A stretch of 64,000 nt of DNA from an uncultured Gemmatimonadaceae bacterium (GTDB lineage: Bacteria > Gemmatimonadota > Gemmatimonadetes > Gemmatimonadales > Gemmatimonadaceae): assembly GCA_963817955.1 (NCBI GenBank), contig CAWFQK010000004.1, positions 288,001-352,000 of the forward strand, written 5' to 3'. This document shows, one piece after another, positions 28,767 to 39,267 of this stretch. The notes below the pieces were generated by a model that had not been told where the DNA came from, did not search any database, and saw nothing but the letters and a program-made list of their open reading frames with translations. The first letter of the stretch is position 1. Each line of letters starts with the position of its first letter. Position numbers and translations under genes: made by a program.

Positions 28767-30653
28767 GTGCAACGCTTCGCCTGGATCGTCGGCCTCGGCC
28801 TGATGGCCGGGGCCGTTTTGCAGCGCCCGCTCGGCGCGCAGGTGAAGGATACGATCCCCAAGCGTCGCGATACGACGCTCACGATGCCGCTTCCCCTGCG
28901 TGCCGATTCGCTCCTGCGGGATAGCCTCGCGAAGATCGCGCGGCGAGACAGCCTGCGCGCGGCAATTCGGCGCGATTCTATCAAGGCACCGCTCGCCCAC
29001 GCAGAGCTGCCCAACGATCTGGAAATCGGCCGGCGGCTACACTGGAATCGCGATTCGCTCTCCGCCACCGGCGCGGTGACTGTCGCCGATCTGCTCGAGC
29101 GTGTGCCCGGGCTCACCACGCTCCATGCCGGCTGGATTTCGGCTCCGGTAGTCGGTGCGTATCTCGGCGACGTGCGGCGCGTGCGCGTGTTCTACGACGG
29201 CGCGGAAATGACCGCGTTGGATCCGCGCGGCCAGGGCGTGCTCGATCTCACGCAGGTGAGCCTGTGGTCGGCCGAGGACGCGGTGGTAGAGCAGGGGCCA
29301 GAGGAAGTGCGCGTCTATCTTCGCAGTTGGCGCGTGCGGAGCACGACACCCGTGACGCGCACCGACGTGAGCACGGGCGACCAGCAGACAAATTTGTACC
29401 GCGGCTTCTTCGGGCGGCGTCTCGACAATGGCGCCGCCGTCCAGTTCGGCGCGCAGCAGTACGGCACGACGCCGCCGTCGGTGTTCGGCAACAGCGCCGA
29501 CCAACTCGGCCTCCTCGCGCGCATCGGGTGGGCGAAACGCAATTGGAGCGCGGATGCATTCGCCACGCGCACCAACCGGCACCGCGGCGGAATCTTCGGC
29601 GAGCAGTTGGGAGATTCAATCCCCAGCGTCGAATCCACACGGAGCGACGCATATGTTCGGGTCGGGTACGCCGATGCCGACGCAAGCCCACTCTGGGCTC
29701 AATTGCTCGCGGTGGCATCGAAATACGGGTACACGGGCATCCGCACGGTGCCCACCGTGAACCTGCACACGGCGGCCGACTCGGCGCTCGCCGCCGCGTC
29801 ACTGGATACCAGCGTCGCCCGGTCGCAGTACATCGCCACGGTCGGCACGGTGCGAGGCCCGCTTCGCCTGAGCGTCACCGAACGGCTGTTTTCGTCGGGT
29901 GGCAAGAGCATTTCCACACCCTCCGCTCGCGCGAGCTTCGTGCTCAGCCGCCTCGGCGTGTCGGCCTTCTCCGAAGGCAAGAGTGCCGACTCGATCGCGC
30001 GAAGCGACGTGACGGCGCAACTCACACCGTTGTCGTTCATTACCGTGTTGGCGGGCGTGGGACGAACAACCGACCGTCGGATACAGGACAGTACGTTCTC
30101 CGCGACGTACATGCGCGGCCAGGTGGGACTTCGAATACACAATCTCTGGCTACTCGGAGGTGTCATTCGTCGCGACAGTCTGCGTCTCTCACCGCCCCAT
30201 GTGTTCGACACGCTCTTCACGGCGGTTCGCGAAGGCTTGGCCACGGGCGCGACGGCCGGAATTCGCGGGCAGCTATGGCGCCTGATCAACGCCGACGTTT
30301 CCGCGGTGCGCTGGAACGATTCACTCGGTTTCTACCGTCCCCGGTATCAGACACGGAGCGAATTGTTCATTCGCTCGAACTTCCTCAGGCGCTTCCCAAC
30401 CAACGATTTCGGCCTGACGGCGTCGGTGGTCCACGAGTACCGATCCGGCGTTCGATTCCCGAATGCCGAAACAGGAGTCACAAGCGTGGCTGGGTACCGC
30501 ACCATCTCCACGCTGCTGGAAATCCGGATTCTCACCGCCACCGTTTCCTGGCAGTTTCGCAACGTGCTCGGCGAGCGGTACTCGCAGGTTCCCACCTTCA
30601 TCATGCCGCGCCAAACAAACTTCTACGGCGTTCGCTGGGAGTTCTTCAATTGA
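28767..30653 (+). CDS. Putative outer-membrane beta-barrel with plug-like N-terminal domain
   Basis: Signal peptide, plug-like TVADLLERVPGL, alternating beta strands and aromatic C-terminus YGVRWEFFN. Confidence 0.7.
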   Translation: MQRFAWIVGLGLMAGAVLQRPLGAQVKDTIPKRRDTTLTMPLPLRADSLLRDSLAKIARRDSLRAAIRRDSIKAPLAHAELPNDLEIGRRLHWNRDSLSATGAVTVADLLERVPGLTTLHAGWISAPVVGAYLGDVRRVRVFYDGAEMTALDPRGQGVLDLTQVSLWSAEDAVVEQGPEEVRVYLRSWRVRSTTPVTRTDVSTGDQQTNLYRGFFGRRLDNGAAVQFGAQQYGTTPPSVFGNSADQLGLLARIGWAKRNWSADAFATRTNRHRGGIFGEQLGDSIPSVESTRSDAYVRVGYADADASPLWAQLLAVASKYGYTGIRTVPTVNLHTAADSALAAASLDTSVARSQYIATVGTVRGPLRLSVTERLFSSGGKSISTPSARASFVLSRLGVSAFSEGKSADSIARSDVTAQLTPLSFITVLAGVGRTTDRRIQDSTFSATYMRGQVGLRIHNLWLLGGVIRRDSLRLSPPHVFDTLFTAVREGLATGATAGIRGQLWRLINADVSAVRWNDSLGFYRPRYQTRSELFIRSNFLRRFPTNDFGLTASVVHEYRSGVRFPNAETGVTSVAGYRTISTLLEIRILTATVSWQFRNVLGERYSQVPTFIMPRQTNFYGVRWEFFN

Positions 30654-30679
30654 CATGTCTCATTGTCGCTTCATAGGTT
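30650..30679 (+). promoter_or_regulatory. Sigma70-type promoter upstream of yicC
   Basis: TTGACA-N18-TAGGTT; the -35 box overlaps the upstream stop codon. Confidence 0.6.
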
Positions 30680-30691
30680 AGGCGACATCAT

Positions 30692-31564
30692 ATGATAAAG
30701 AGCATGACCGGCTTCGGGACCGCGGAGGGCGACGTGGGCGGATCGCGCGTATCCGTCGAGATCCGCTCCGTGAACCACCGGTTCTTCAACCCGTCTGTGA
30801 AGCTGCCGAGCGAGTTGAGCAAGTGGGAGGGCGAGGTGCGCGATGCACTCCGCAAAGGCGTGGCGCGCGGCCATGTTACACTGTTCGCGCGCGTCGAGCG
30901 CACGCAGGTCGATGGCGGTCGGATAGACGAAACCCAGTTTGCGGCCTACGTGGCGCAGATCCGCCAACTCCAGCAGAAATACGCGTTGGGAACGCCACTC
31001 GACGTCGGCACCGTTCTTCGCCTTCCGAACGTCATCGCGTCGGGCGAGGAAGATCGGCAGGGCACCGCGCCCGAACTCGTCATCCTCGTCAATCGTGCGG
31101 TGAGCGCCCTCGATCAAATGCGCACGGCGGAGGGCGGGCGTCTCGCCGTATACCTAGAGGAACGCCTATCGGTAATCGAGCAGGCGGTGAACCGCATTGC
31201 CGTGCGTGCACCGCAGCGCCTAGTGGAGCAGCGCGATCGTCTTCGTGCCGCGGTACGCGAACTAGCGGATGGCATTGCGGTCGACGAACAGCGCCTCGCT
31301 CAGGAAATCGCCATGCTCGCCGACCGCCTGGATGTGTCCGAGGAGGTGAGCCGATTCCACTCACACTTCTCGGCGTTTCGCACGACGCTGGCGTCGGCGT
31401 CGCCGGACGGCGTCGGCAAGCGGCTTGGTTTTCTCCTCCAGGAGCTGTTGCGCGAAACGAATACGACTGGAAGCAAGGCCAACGACGCGACAATTTTGCA
31501 CGACGTGATCCTGATCAAGGAAGAGCTGGAGCGGATTCGCGAGCAGGTGGAGAACATCGAGTGA
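30692..31564 (+). CDS. yicC: YicC/YloC family endoribonuclease
   Basis: MIKSMTGFG, EIRSVNHRF, GKRLGFLLQE..RETNTTGSK and REQVENIE. Confidence 0.95.
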   Translation: MIKSMTGFGTAEGDVGGSRVSVEIRSVNHRFFNPSVKLPSELSKWEGEVRDALRKGVARGHVTLFARVERTQVDGGRIDETQFAAYVAQIRQLQQKYALGTPLDVGTVLRLPNVIASGEEDRQGTAPELVILVNRAVSALDQMRTAEGGRLAVYLEERLSVIEQAVNRIAVRAPQRLVEQRDRLRAAVRELADGIAVDEQRLAQEIAMLADRLDVSEEVSRFHSHFSAFRTTLASASPDGVGKRLGFLLQELLRETNTTGSKANDATILHDVILIKEELERIREQVENIE

Positions 31565-32205
31565 ATCCGTTTCCCCTGATCCTCTCGGCGCCATCGGGCG
31601 GCGGCAAGACGACCATCGCGCGGCGGTTGCTCGACCTACGGACCGATCTTGGGTATTCGGTGTCGTGCACTACGCGGGTGCCGCGCCCAGGGGAGCAAGA
31701 GGGACGAGACTATTATTTTCTGTCTCGCGAGGACTTCCTCGTACGCCGGGAGCATGGGGATTTCGCCGAATGGGCCGACGTCCACGGCAACCTGTATGGC
31801 ACGCTGAAGAGCGAGATCGCGCGCGTCCTGGGGTCGGGGAAGCACGTGGTGATGGATATCGACGTCCAGGGGGCTCGACTGCTTCGCGAAGCGTTTCCCG
31901 CGTCTGTGACCGTCTTCGTGCTCCCGCCGTCCGGGGAGGTCCTCCTGGACCGGCTCCGGAAGCGGAAAACCGAGTCGCCACAACAGCTTGTCGCTCGATT
32001 ACATTCCGCATTGCAGGAATTACTGGCGGTCGAGGAGTACGAGTACGTCGTGATGAACGACGATCTCGACGGGGCCGTCCAGCAGGTGAGCTCAATCCTC
32101 GATGCCGAGGTCGTCAGTCGCGTGCGCGTTGCGGGACTGCGACACCAGGTCGAGACGTTGATGCACCGGCTGGAGAAGGAGATCGATCACCATTCAGCGA
32201 GTTGA
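31561..32205 (+). CDS. gmk: Guanylate kinase
   Basis: LSAPSGGGKTT, SVSCTTRVPRPGEQEGRDYYF and DIDVQG. GTG start at 31561. Confidence 0.96.
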   Translation: MNPFPLILSAPSGGGKTTIARRLLDLRTDLGYSVSCTTRVPRPGEQEGRDYYFLSREDFLVRREHGDFAEWADVHGNLYGTLKSEIARVLGSGKHVVMDIDVQGARLLREAFPASVTVFVLPPSGEVLLDRLRKRKTESPQQLVARLHSALQELLAVEEYEYVVMNDDLDGAVQQVSSILDAEVVSRVRVAGLRHQVETLMHRLEKEIDHHSAS

Positions 32206-32208
32206 ATC

Positions 32209-32418
32209 ATGCGAGTTTTCACGCCAGGCGAGATCGCCAACCACGCCGCGAATAAGTACCTCGGGGTGCTCGTGGCCGCGAAGTATGCGCGTGTCCTGAA
32301 CGAGTTCCCCCGCGATTCGTCGTCGTCGCGCGAGAAGAAGCTCACGACGCGGTCGCTCGAAGAGCTTGCCAAGGGCGATATCAACTATCACGTGGTTCCA
32401 CGCCGGCGCGCGGAGTGA
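32209..32418 (+). CDS. rpoZ: RNA polymerase omega subunit
   Basis: NKYLGVLVAAKYAR...KLTTRSLEEL; gmk-rpoZ-coaBC synteny. Confidence 0.85.
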   Translation: MRVFTPGEIANHAANKYLGVLVAAKYARVLNEFPRDSSSSREKKLTTRSLEELAKGDINYHVVPRRRAE

Positions 32419-32419
32419 G

Positions 32420-33634
32420 TTGAGTCCGGCCCGGCCGTATTCCGGCGCGCGCCTCCTGCTTGGGGTCACGGGGGGCATTGCCAGCTACAAGTCAGCCTGG
32501 CTCGCGCGCTTGCTGACGAAGGCCGGCGCCGATGTGGATGTAGTTATGACGCCGGCGGCGACTGAATTCGTCGGCGCGATCACATTCGAGGCGCTCACGG
32601 GACGGTCGGTGCACACTGGCCTGTTCGATCCCGGACGCGCTCTTGATCACATCAAGCTGGCTCGCGCCGCGACGGCAATCGTCGTGGCACCGGCCACGGC
32701 CGATTTTCTGGCGCGCGCCGCGGCAGGGCAGGCCAACGATCTACTGGCGGCCTGTCTGCTCGCCGCAAAGTGCCCCGTGCTGCTCGTGCCCGCGATGAAC
32801 GACCAGATGTGGGCGCATCCGCAGACCCAGCGGAACGTGGAACACCTGCGCACGCTTGGCTACCGCGTGCTCGAGCCGGACGAGGGGATGCTGGCGGCCG
32901 GCGAAGGCAGCGGTCCGGGGCGCATGCCAGAACCTGAAACTATTTTTGCTCATATCGGTCGTCTGCTGGAGCCGGCGGCGGCGCTGCAGGGGAAGCGCGT
33001 GCTGATCACGGCAGGCCCGACGCGCGAAGCGATGGATCCAGTGCGATTCCTCTCCAATCACAGCAGCGGCAAGATGGGCGTGGCACTTGCCGCCGCCGCG
33101 TGGCGCCGTGGCGCGCAGGTCGATCTCGTTGCCGGGCCGCTGTCGGTGCCGACGCCGGTCGGCGTGACGGTGCACGCAGTGGAGTCGACGGAGGACATGG
33201 CCGCTGCGGTCGCGCAGTGGCTCCCCACCGCCGACGTGCTCGTCATGGCGGCCGCACCCGCGGACTTCCGTCCCGCGACGCCGTGCGACACCAAGATCAA
33301 GAAGACCAGCGCGCCACCGGCCCTCCTGCTCGCGCCAACACCGGACATACTCGCCACGACGAAGCGCGCGCGTCGTCCCGGTGCGGTCATCGTCGGGTTC
33401 GCGCTCGAAACCCATGACGCCGTCGCACATGGTCGTGACAAGCTTGCCGCGAAAGACCTGGACATGATCGTCGTCAACGATGCGACCGAGCCGGGCGCTG
33501 CGTTTGGCGTGGACACGAATCGTGTTACGCTACTAATGCGCGACGGCGGAGAGCAACATCTGCCGCTGATGCCCAAAACGGATGTGGCTGATGCCATTCT
33601 CGAATGCGTGGAGCGGATGATCGGTGGACGCTAG
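32420..33634 (+). CDS. coaBC: Phosphopantothenoylcysteine decarboxylase/ligase
   Basis: GVTGGIASYK, PATAD, PAMN, GRMPEP, TAGPTRE and NHSSGKMG. Confidence 0.96.
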   Translation: MSPARPYSGARLLLGVTGGIASYKSAWLARLLTKAGADVDVVMTPAATEFVGAITFEALTGRSVHTGLFDPGRALDHIKLARAATAIVVAPATADFLARAAAGQANDLLAACLLAAKCPVLLVPAMNDQMWAHPQTQRNVEHLRTLGYRVLEPDEGMLAAGEGSGPGRMPEPETIFAHIGRLLEPAAALQGKRVLITAGPTREAMDPVRFLSNHSSGKMGVALAAAAWRRGAQVDLVAGPLSVPTPVGVTVHAVESTEDMAAAVAQWLPTADVLVMAAAPADFRPATPCDTKIKKTSAPPALLLAPTPDILATTKRARRPGAVIVGFALETHDAVAHGRDKLAAKDLDMIVVNDATEPGAAFGVDTNRVTLLMRDGGEQHLPLMPKTDVADAILECVERMIGGR

Positions 33635-34627
33635 AGAACTGCTGCGTCGCTACTTGGAGCAGCGGCGTGAAATGGGCGAGTCAGAGCTCATGCTCGATGG
33701 GCTCTCGGTCGAGGAAACGCTGCGCATCATCGGCGCGAAAGCCACGAGCGCGCCGACTGCCGCGTCTCCGTCGCGCCCCGACGTGGGCGCCCATACGGTG
33801 CGTGAGACCGCGGTGCGTGAGACCCCGGTGCGTGAGACCCCGGTGCGTGAGACCCCGCTGGCCGATCCGCCGCGTGCTGGCGCCGAACCTGGTGATGCGG
33901 CCGATTGGCGCGCCACGTTGCGCGCCAGCTCGCAAGCACCGGCTCTCGCCACTCCGCCGTCAACCACGCCCGCCATTCCGTCGCCGTTGAGCGACGTGCC
34001 GGCCGGACTCACCGTGGGAGGACCGACGGACATCCAGCTCGGCGGATCGATGGCACATCTCGAGTCGCTCGAAGCCGTCGCCGCGCATGTCGCCAGTTGT
34101 ACCCGATGTCCGCTGCACTCCACGGCCCTCAACGCAGTGCCTGGAGAAGGGAACGCACACGCTGGATTGATGTGCGTTGGCGAGGCGCCCGGGGCGACTG
34201 AAGACGAAACCGGTCGTCCGTTCATCGGTGCTGCGGGGCAGTTACTCACCAAGATTCTCGAGGCGATCGCGTTGGGGCGCGACGACGTGTACATCGCGAA
34301 CGTGCTGAAGCATCGGCCGCCAGGTAACCGGAATCCGAGGCCAGAAGAGGTAACGGCGTGCAGCCCATACCTCATCCGACAGATCGAGTTGATCCAGCCG
34401 AAGGTGATTCTCGCGCTTGGGACGTTCGCTGCGCAGACATTGCTGAACACCAAGCTTACCATCGGGAAGCTCAGGGGCCAGATTCACCATTACTACGGGG
34501 TGCCACTGATCGTCACGTATCATCCCGCCGCGCTCCTGCGCAATCCGTCTTGGAAGCGTCCCACCTGGGAAGATGTCCAGCTTGCCCGCCGAATACTCGA
34601 TCGCCCCAATCCCCGACACGGGCGTGA
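33624..34627 (+). CDS. Family-4 uracil-DNA glycosylase with long N-terminal linker; 3' end blurred by an indel
   Basis: CTRCPL, VGEAPG, GRPFIGAAG, NVLKHRPPGNR and TYHPAALLR. Confidence 0.9.
33796..33855. repeat. In-frame 15-bp tandem repeat x4 (VRET(A/P))
   Basis: CGGTGCGTGAGACC(G/C) at 33796, 33811, 33826 and 33841. Confidence 0.95.
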
Positions 34628-35980
34628 TCCCTACCGCGATCGACGTCCTCCGTATTGCGAGGATGCCGAGCAAGCGGTGTCGTCCGCCATGCTGATCGAC
34701 CAGGACGCAGTATCCGCGCGGCCGAGCGCGTGGACGACACAATGTTCTATGCCGAGCGACATCGGCGAATGTTCCGCGCCATGGTCACGATCACCGAGCG
34801 CGGTGGCGTGGTCGATCCGCTCACTCTCGCGGAGGAGCTGTCTCGAAAGTGGTGAACTCGATGACGGCCGGCGGCAAGGACTACATCGGCTTCCTCGTCG
34901 ATGCGGTGCCCACCGCGGCGAACGTCGAGTATCACGCCAAGATCGTGAGCGAGAAAGCGATTCTGCGGCGCCTCATCGAGGTGTCCACCTCGATCGTCAG
35001 CGAAGCGTTCGAGGGCAAGCCGACGGCAGTCGAGCTGCTCGACATGCAGAGTCAGAAGATCTTCCAGGTGGCCCAGCAGCAGACGCGCGACGGCTTCACG
35101 CGGATCAAGGAGCTGCTCTGGCCGACCATGGAGCGCATCGAGGCGCTGCAGCGGGGCGGACGAGGCGATTACCGGCGTCGCCAGCGGCTTCAAGGATCTC
35201 GACGAGCTGACCTCGGGGTTCCAGCCGGCCGATCTGATCATCATGGCGGCGCGACCGTCGATGGGCAAAACGGCATTGATGCTGAACATCGCCCAGCATG
35301 CTGCCATCGAGAAGCAGAAGTCCCAGTGCGCGTTCTTCTCGCTCGAAATGAGCAAGGAATCGCTCGTGCAACGCATGCTGACCTCCGAGGCGCGTATCGA
35401 CGCGCAGCGTCTTCGCAAGGGGATGCTGCGCGACGAGGATTTTCCCGCGTCTCGCGCGCGCGGCCGGCATACTGAGCTCGGCTCCAGTCTGGATCGACGA
35501 TACCCCAGGAATCACGCTTCTCGAAATGCGCTCCAAGGCGCGCCGCCTCAAGTCAGACTCCGGCGTCGACTTGATCGTGGTGGACTACCTGCAGCTCATG
35601 CAGGGGCCGGCGAACTCCGAGAGCCGCCAGCAGGAAGTCAGTCAGATCTCGCGCGGACTCAAGGCACTGGCAAAGGAGTTCAGCGTGCCGGTCGTCGCGC
35701 TGTCGCAGTTGTCGCGCGCGCCCGAGCAGCGAACCGGCGACAATAAACGTCCGCAGCTGTCCGACCTTCGTGAGTCGGGTGCCATTGAGCAGGATGCCGA
35801 CCTGATCATGTTCATCTTCCGGCAGGAATTCTACGAGGGCCCACCGACAAGGACGGCAATTCGCTCGAAGGCAAAGCCGAGGTGATCATCGGCAAGCAGC
35901 GCAATGGTCCGATCGGCTTGGTCAATCTGCACTTCCACAAACAGTACACGCGCTTCGAGAGCTACAGCGAACGGAGTTGA
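34573..35980 (+). CDS. dnaB: Replicative DNA helicase, split by several apparent indels
   Basis: Fragments [54 protein letters not shown] and [13 protein letters not shown]. Confidence 0.93.
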
Positions 35981-36025
35981 CTCGCTGGCACGCACGGGCT
36001 GAGGTCTCTTCGTTAGTTTTCCTGC

Positions 36026-37425
36026 ATGGCGAAAACGAAGACGGCGTACCGCTGCACCGAGTGCGGCGCCGAGTATTCCAGGTGGCAAGGTCACTGCGAA
36101 GCGTGCGGCGAATGGAATACGCTCGTCGAAGAGATGGTCGCGCCCAAGGCGAACGCCGGCGGCGGCGCGGCCCGCCGTCTCGGGGGCACCCGCTCGCTCG
36201 CTGAAGGTGGCAACGTTGCGCCAACGCCAAGGCTGCGCGACGTCAAAGGGTCGAATGCGAAGCGCTGGAAGACCGGACTCGATGAATTCGATTTCGTCCT
36301 CGGTGGCGGCATCGTTCCTGGATCGATGGTGCTGATTGGCGGTGAACCAGGGATCGGCAAGTCCACGCTGTTGCTGCAAGTGGCCGCACGCCTCGAACAG
36401 GGTGGCCACGCCACGATCTATGCGTCGGGCGAGGAGATCCGCCCTGCAAGTCAAACTGCGCTCCGACCGACTTCGTGGAGGCGCGGGACGACGTGTCGCT
36501 GCTCGGCGAGACGAATCTCGAGACGATTCTCGCGACATCGTCCGCAGCGGCGCCGGCCGTGCTGATCGTCGACTCCATCCAGACCGTGTACACGGCTGAC
36601 CTCGAGGGGGCGCCGGGGAATGTGGGGCAAGTGCGCGAGTGCGCCGCGCGCCTCATGCGGTACGCAAAGGAAAGCGGCACCACCGTGTTCGTGGTGGGGC
36701 ACGTGACGAAGGGCGGCGGCATCGCGGGTCCCAAGACTCTCGAGCACATCGTCGATACGGTGCTGTACTTCGAAGGCGAGAGCACGCTCGACCATCGCGT
36801 GCTGCGCGCCACGAAGAATCGGTTCGGCAGCGTCGATGAGATTGGCGTCTTCCGGATGACCGAGGAGGGGCTGGAGCCGGTGGCAAATCCCTCCGAGCTG
36901 TTCATGGGAGACCGGGGTGCCAGCCACGCATCGGGAAGCGCCGTGACCGCGTTGCTCGAGGGCACGCGGCCTGTGCTCGTGGAAATCCAGGCGCTGGCTG
37001 CAAAAGCCGGCTTCGGCACCCCGCAGCGCGTCGCCACCGGCTTCGACGGGCGCCGGCTTGCTCTGTTGCTCGCGGTGCTCGACAAGCGTGCCGGCTTGTC
37101 ATTCGCGCAACTCGACGTGTTTCTCAACGTCGTCGGCGGCATGCGGCTCCAGGAACCGGGCGGCGACCTCGCCGTTGCCTCGGCGCTCGCGTCGAGCGTC
37201 TATGACCTGGCGCTCCCCGCGGACGCGATCTTCGTCGGCGAGGTGGGGCTCGGTGGGGAAGTGCGTGCTGTGTCGCAAGCCGATCGGCGTATTGCCGAGG
37301 CGGCGAACATGGGGATGAAGCGCGTCTACCTGGCCGAACGCGGCGTGCCGAAGCGGATCTCGCGCGACATCGAGGTGGTGGGCGTCCGCACCATTCAAGA
37401 TCTCTTACGGCAACTGTTCACATGA
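36026..37425 (+). CDS. radA: DNA repair protein RadA/Sms; indels near 36435-36480
   Basis: CTECG..WQGHCEACGEWN Zn finger, GGEPGIGKST, DSIQT and KNRFG. Confidence 0.95.
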
Positions 37426-38124
37426 GCGATGGGCCCATCCGCACCGTCGGCGTCGTGATCGTCGCTGGCGGCGCCAGTTCCCGTACCGGCAGCCGCGAGT
37501 TGAAGCAGTTCCGCTGGGTCGCGGGCAAACCGGTGCTGCTCCACAGCGTGCAGACGTTCATGGCACGTCCCGATGTCGGTGTCAGTCGTGTGCGTGCTGC
37601 CACCGCAGTACGTGGCGGATCCGCCTCCCTGGATCTTCGAATGCGACGTGGATCGCCTGATGCTCTCGATGGGAGGGCGCACGCGAACGGAGTCGGTCCA
37701 GCACGGCCTCGACGATCTGCCCGACGAGGCATCGGTTGTCCTCGTGCACGATGCGGCGCGCCCCCTGGTCGGCGATAGCACCATCGACCGCGTGGTCGCG
37801 GCCGTGCGGGGCGGAGCATGCGCGATTGCCGCGCTGCCGGTGGTGGACACGCTCAAGGAAGTGGACGAGCAGGGGTTGGTGGTGCGCACCGTGGAACGCG
37901 AGCGGTTATGGCGCGCGCAGACGCCGCAGGGATTTCCGCGCGAGGTCATCGTGCGCGCTCATCGCGAGGCGCGCGCGCAACACCTGACCGCAACCGACGA
38001 CGCCGCGCTCTGCGAGCGCCTCGGGATACCCGTCGTCGTCGTGCGCGGCAGCGAGCGAGCCATGAAGATCACCGAGTTCGAGGACTTCGCCCGGGCAGAA
38101 TCCCTCTTCACGCTTCCGGAATGA
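37422..38124 (+). CDS. ispD: 2-C-methyl-D-erythritol 4-phosphate cytidylyltransferase; indel near 37585
   Basis: VAGGASSR...KQF, GGRTRTESV, VHDAARP, QTPQGF, TDD and KIT. Confidence 0.93.
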
Positions 38125-38792
38125 GGGCTGACGCGCTCACCGTTCCGTTCTGGTCGCCCGAAGAGGTCGAGACGGCTTGTCGATCGGCACTGGCGCAAAT
38201 CGAGATGCGACGTGTGCTCGCCTATCCCACCGAGACCGTTTACGGTTTTGGCGGCGGCATCGACCGCGACTCGGTGGACGCGCTCATCGAGCTCAAGCAG
38301 CGTCCGGTTGGAAAGCCGTTTCTCCTGTTGATTGCCGGTCCCGACATGATCGACCGGCTCGATCTCCGTCTGCCGGCGTATGCGTCCAATCTCATCGCGC
38401 GACATTGGCCCGGACCGCTGACTCTGGTCCTGTCCGGTGGAGACCATCGTGTTCCCGCGCGCCTGCGCGGTCCGGAAGGTGGTGTCGCCGTGCGCTGGAC
38501 CAGCCACCCGGGCATGATGCGCCTCATCCGTGCGCATGGCGACGCGATCACGTCCACGAGCGCCAATCGCCCAGGGGTTCCCCCGGCGACGTCTGCCGCA
38601 GAGATTGTGGCACAGTGGGGCGATGCCATCAAACGCGGTCTGCTGCGTGTGCTGGATGGCGGCACGCTGACGCCATCGCCGCCATCCACTGTGCTGGATT
38701 GTACCGGCCGCAGACCACGCGTCATTCGTCCAGGCGCGATCTCTGCTGCGACACTCCGGGAAAGCGTTCCCAATCTGATCGGAGACGCGTGA
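38121..38792 (+). CDS. tsaC: L-threonylcarbamoyladenylate synthase (TsaC/Sua5)
   Basis: YPTETVYG, KQRP..KP, WPGPLTLV, STSAN and PSTVLD. Confidence 0.92.
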   Translation: MRADALTVPFWSPEEVETACRSALAQIEMRRVLAYPTETVYGFGGGIDRDSVDALIELKQRPVGKPFLLLIAGPDMIDRLDLRLPAYASNLIARHWPGPLTLVLSGGDHRVPARLRGPEGGVAVRWTSHPGMMRLIRAHGDAITSTSANRPGVPPATSAAEIVAQWGDAIKRGLLRVLDGGTLTPSPPSTVLDCTGRRPRVIRPGAISAATLRESVPNLIGDA

Positions 38793-38796
38793 GCGC

Positions 38797-39267
38797 ATGA
38801 AGATCCTGTTCGTTTGCACCGGCAACACGTGTCGCAGCCCGCTCGCCGAAGCGATCGCGCGCAAGATCGCCATCGAGCGCGGCCTGCAGGATGTCGAAGC
38901 AATGAGCGCTGGGACAAGCGCACACGATGGAGCGCCAGCCAGCGATGGTGCGATGCTCGTCGGGATGGAGCGCAACATGGATCTCGGTAGCCACCGCGCC
39001 CAGACGCTGACTCGCGATCTGGTTCGGGACGCCGACGTGATTCTCGCCATGGGTCCCCACCACCTCGACCGCATCGAAGCGCTCGGCGGTGCCGGGCGCG
39101 CCTATCTTCTGGCGGAGTACGGCTCGCACGGCGCGTCGATGCGTTCGATCACGGATCCGATCGGTGCCGAGCTCGACGTCTATCGTGCCACCGCCGACGA
39201 GCTGGAAGTGGAGATCCGCCGCGCACTCGATCGGATCGCGGCGGAGGGCCGATCAGGAGCGGAGTGA
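38797..39267 (+). CDS. Low-molecular-weight protein phosphatase, YwlE-like (arginine phosphatase signature)
   Basis: FVCTGNTCRSPLAE, SAGT and ITDPIG. Confidence 0.9.
   Translation: MKILFVCTGNTCRSPLAEAIARKIAIERGLQDVEAMSAGTSAHDGAPASDGAMLVGMERNMDLGSHRAQTLTRDLVRDADVILAMGPHHLDRIEALGGAGRAYLLAEYGSHGASMRSITDPIGAELDVYRATADELEVEIRRALDRIAAEGRSGAE

Noticed and set aside
33624..35210. Apparent 528-aa UDG-DnaB fusion ORF
   Set aside because: dnaB has its own plausible ATG at 34573 overlapping the udg end. The read-through is explained by an indel near 34620 in a region with several other indels.
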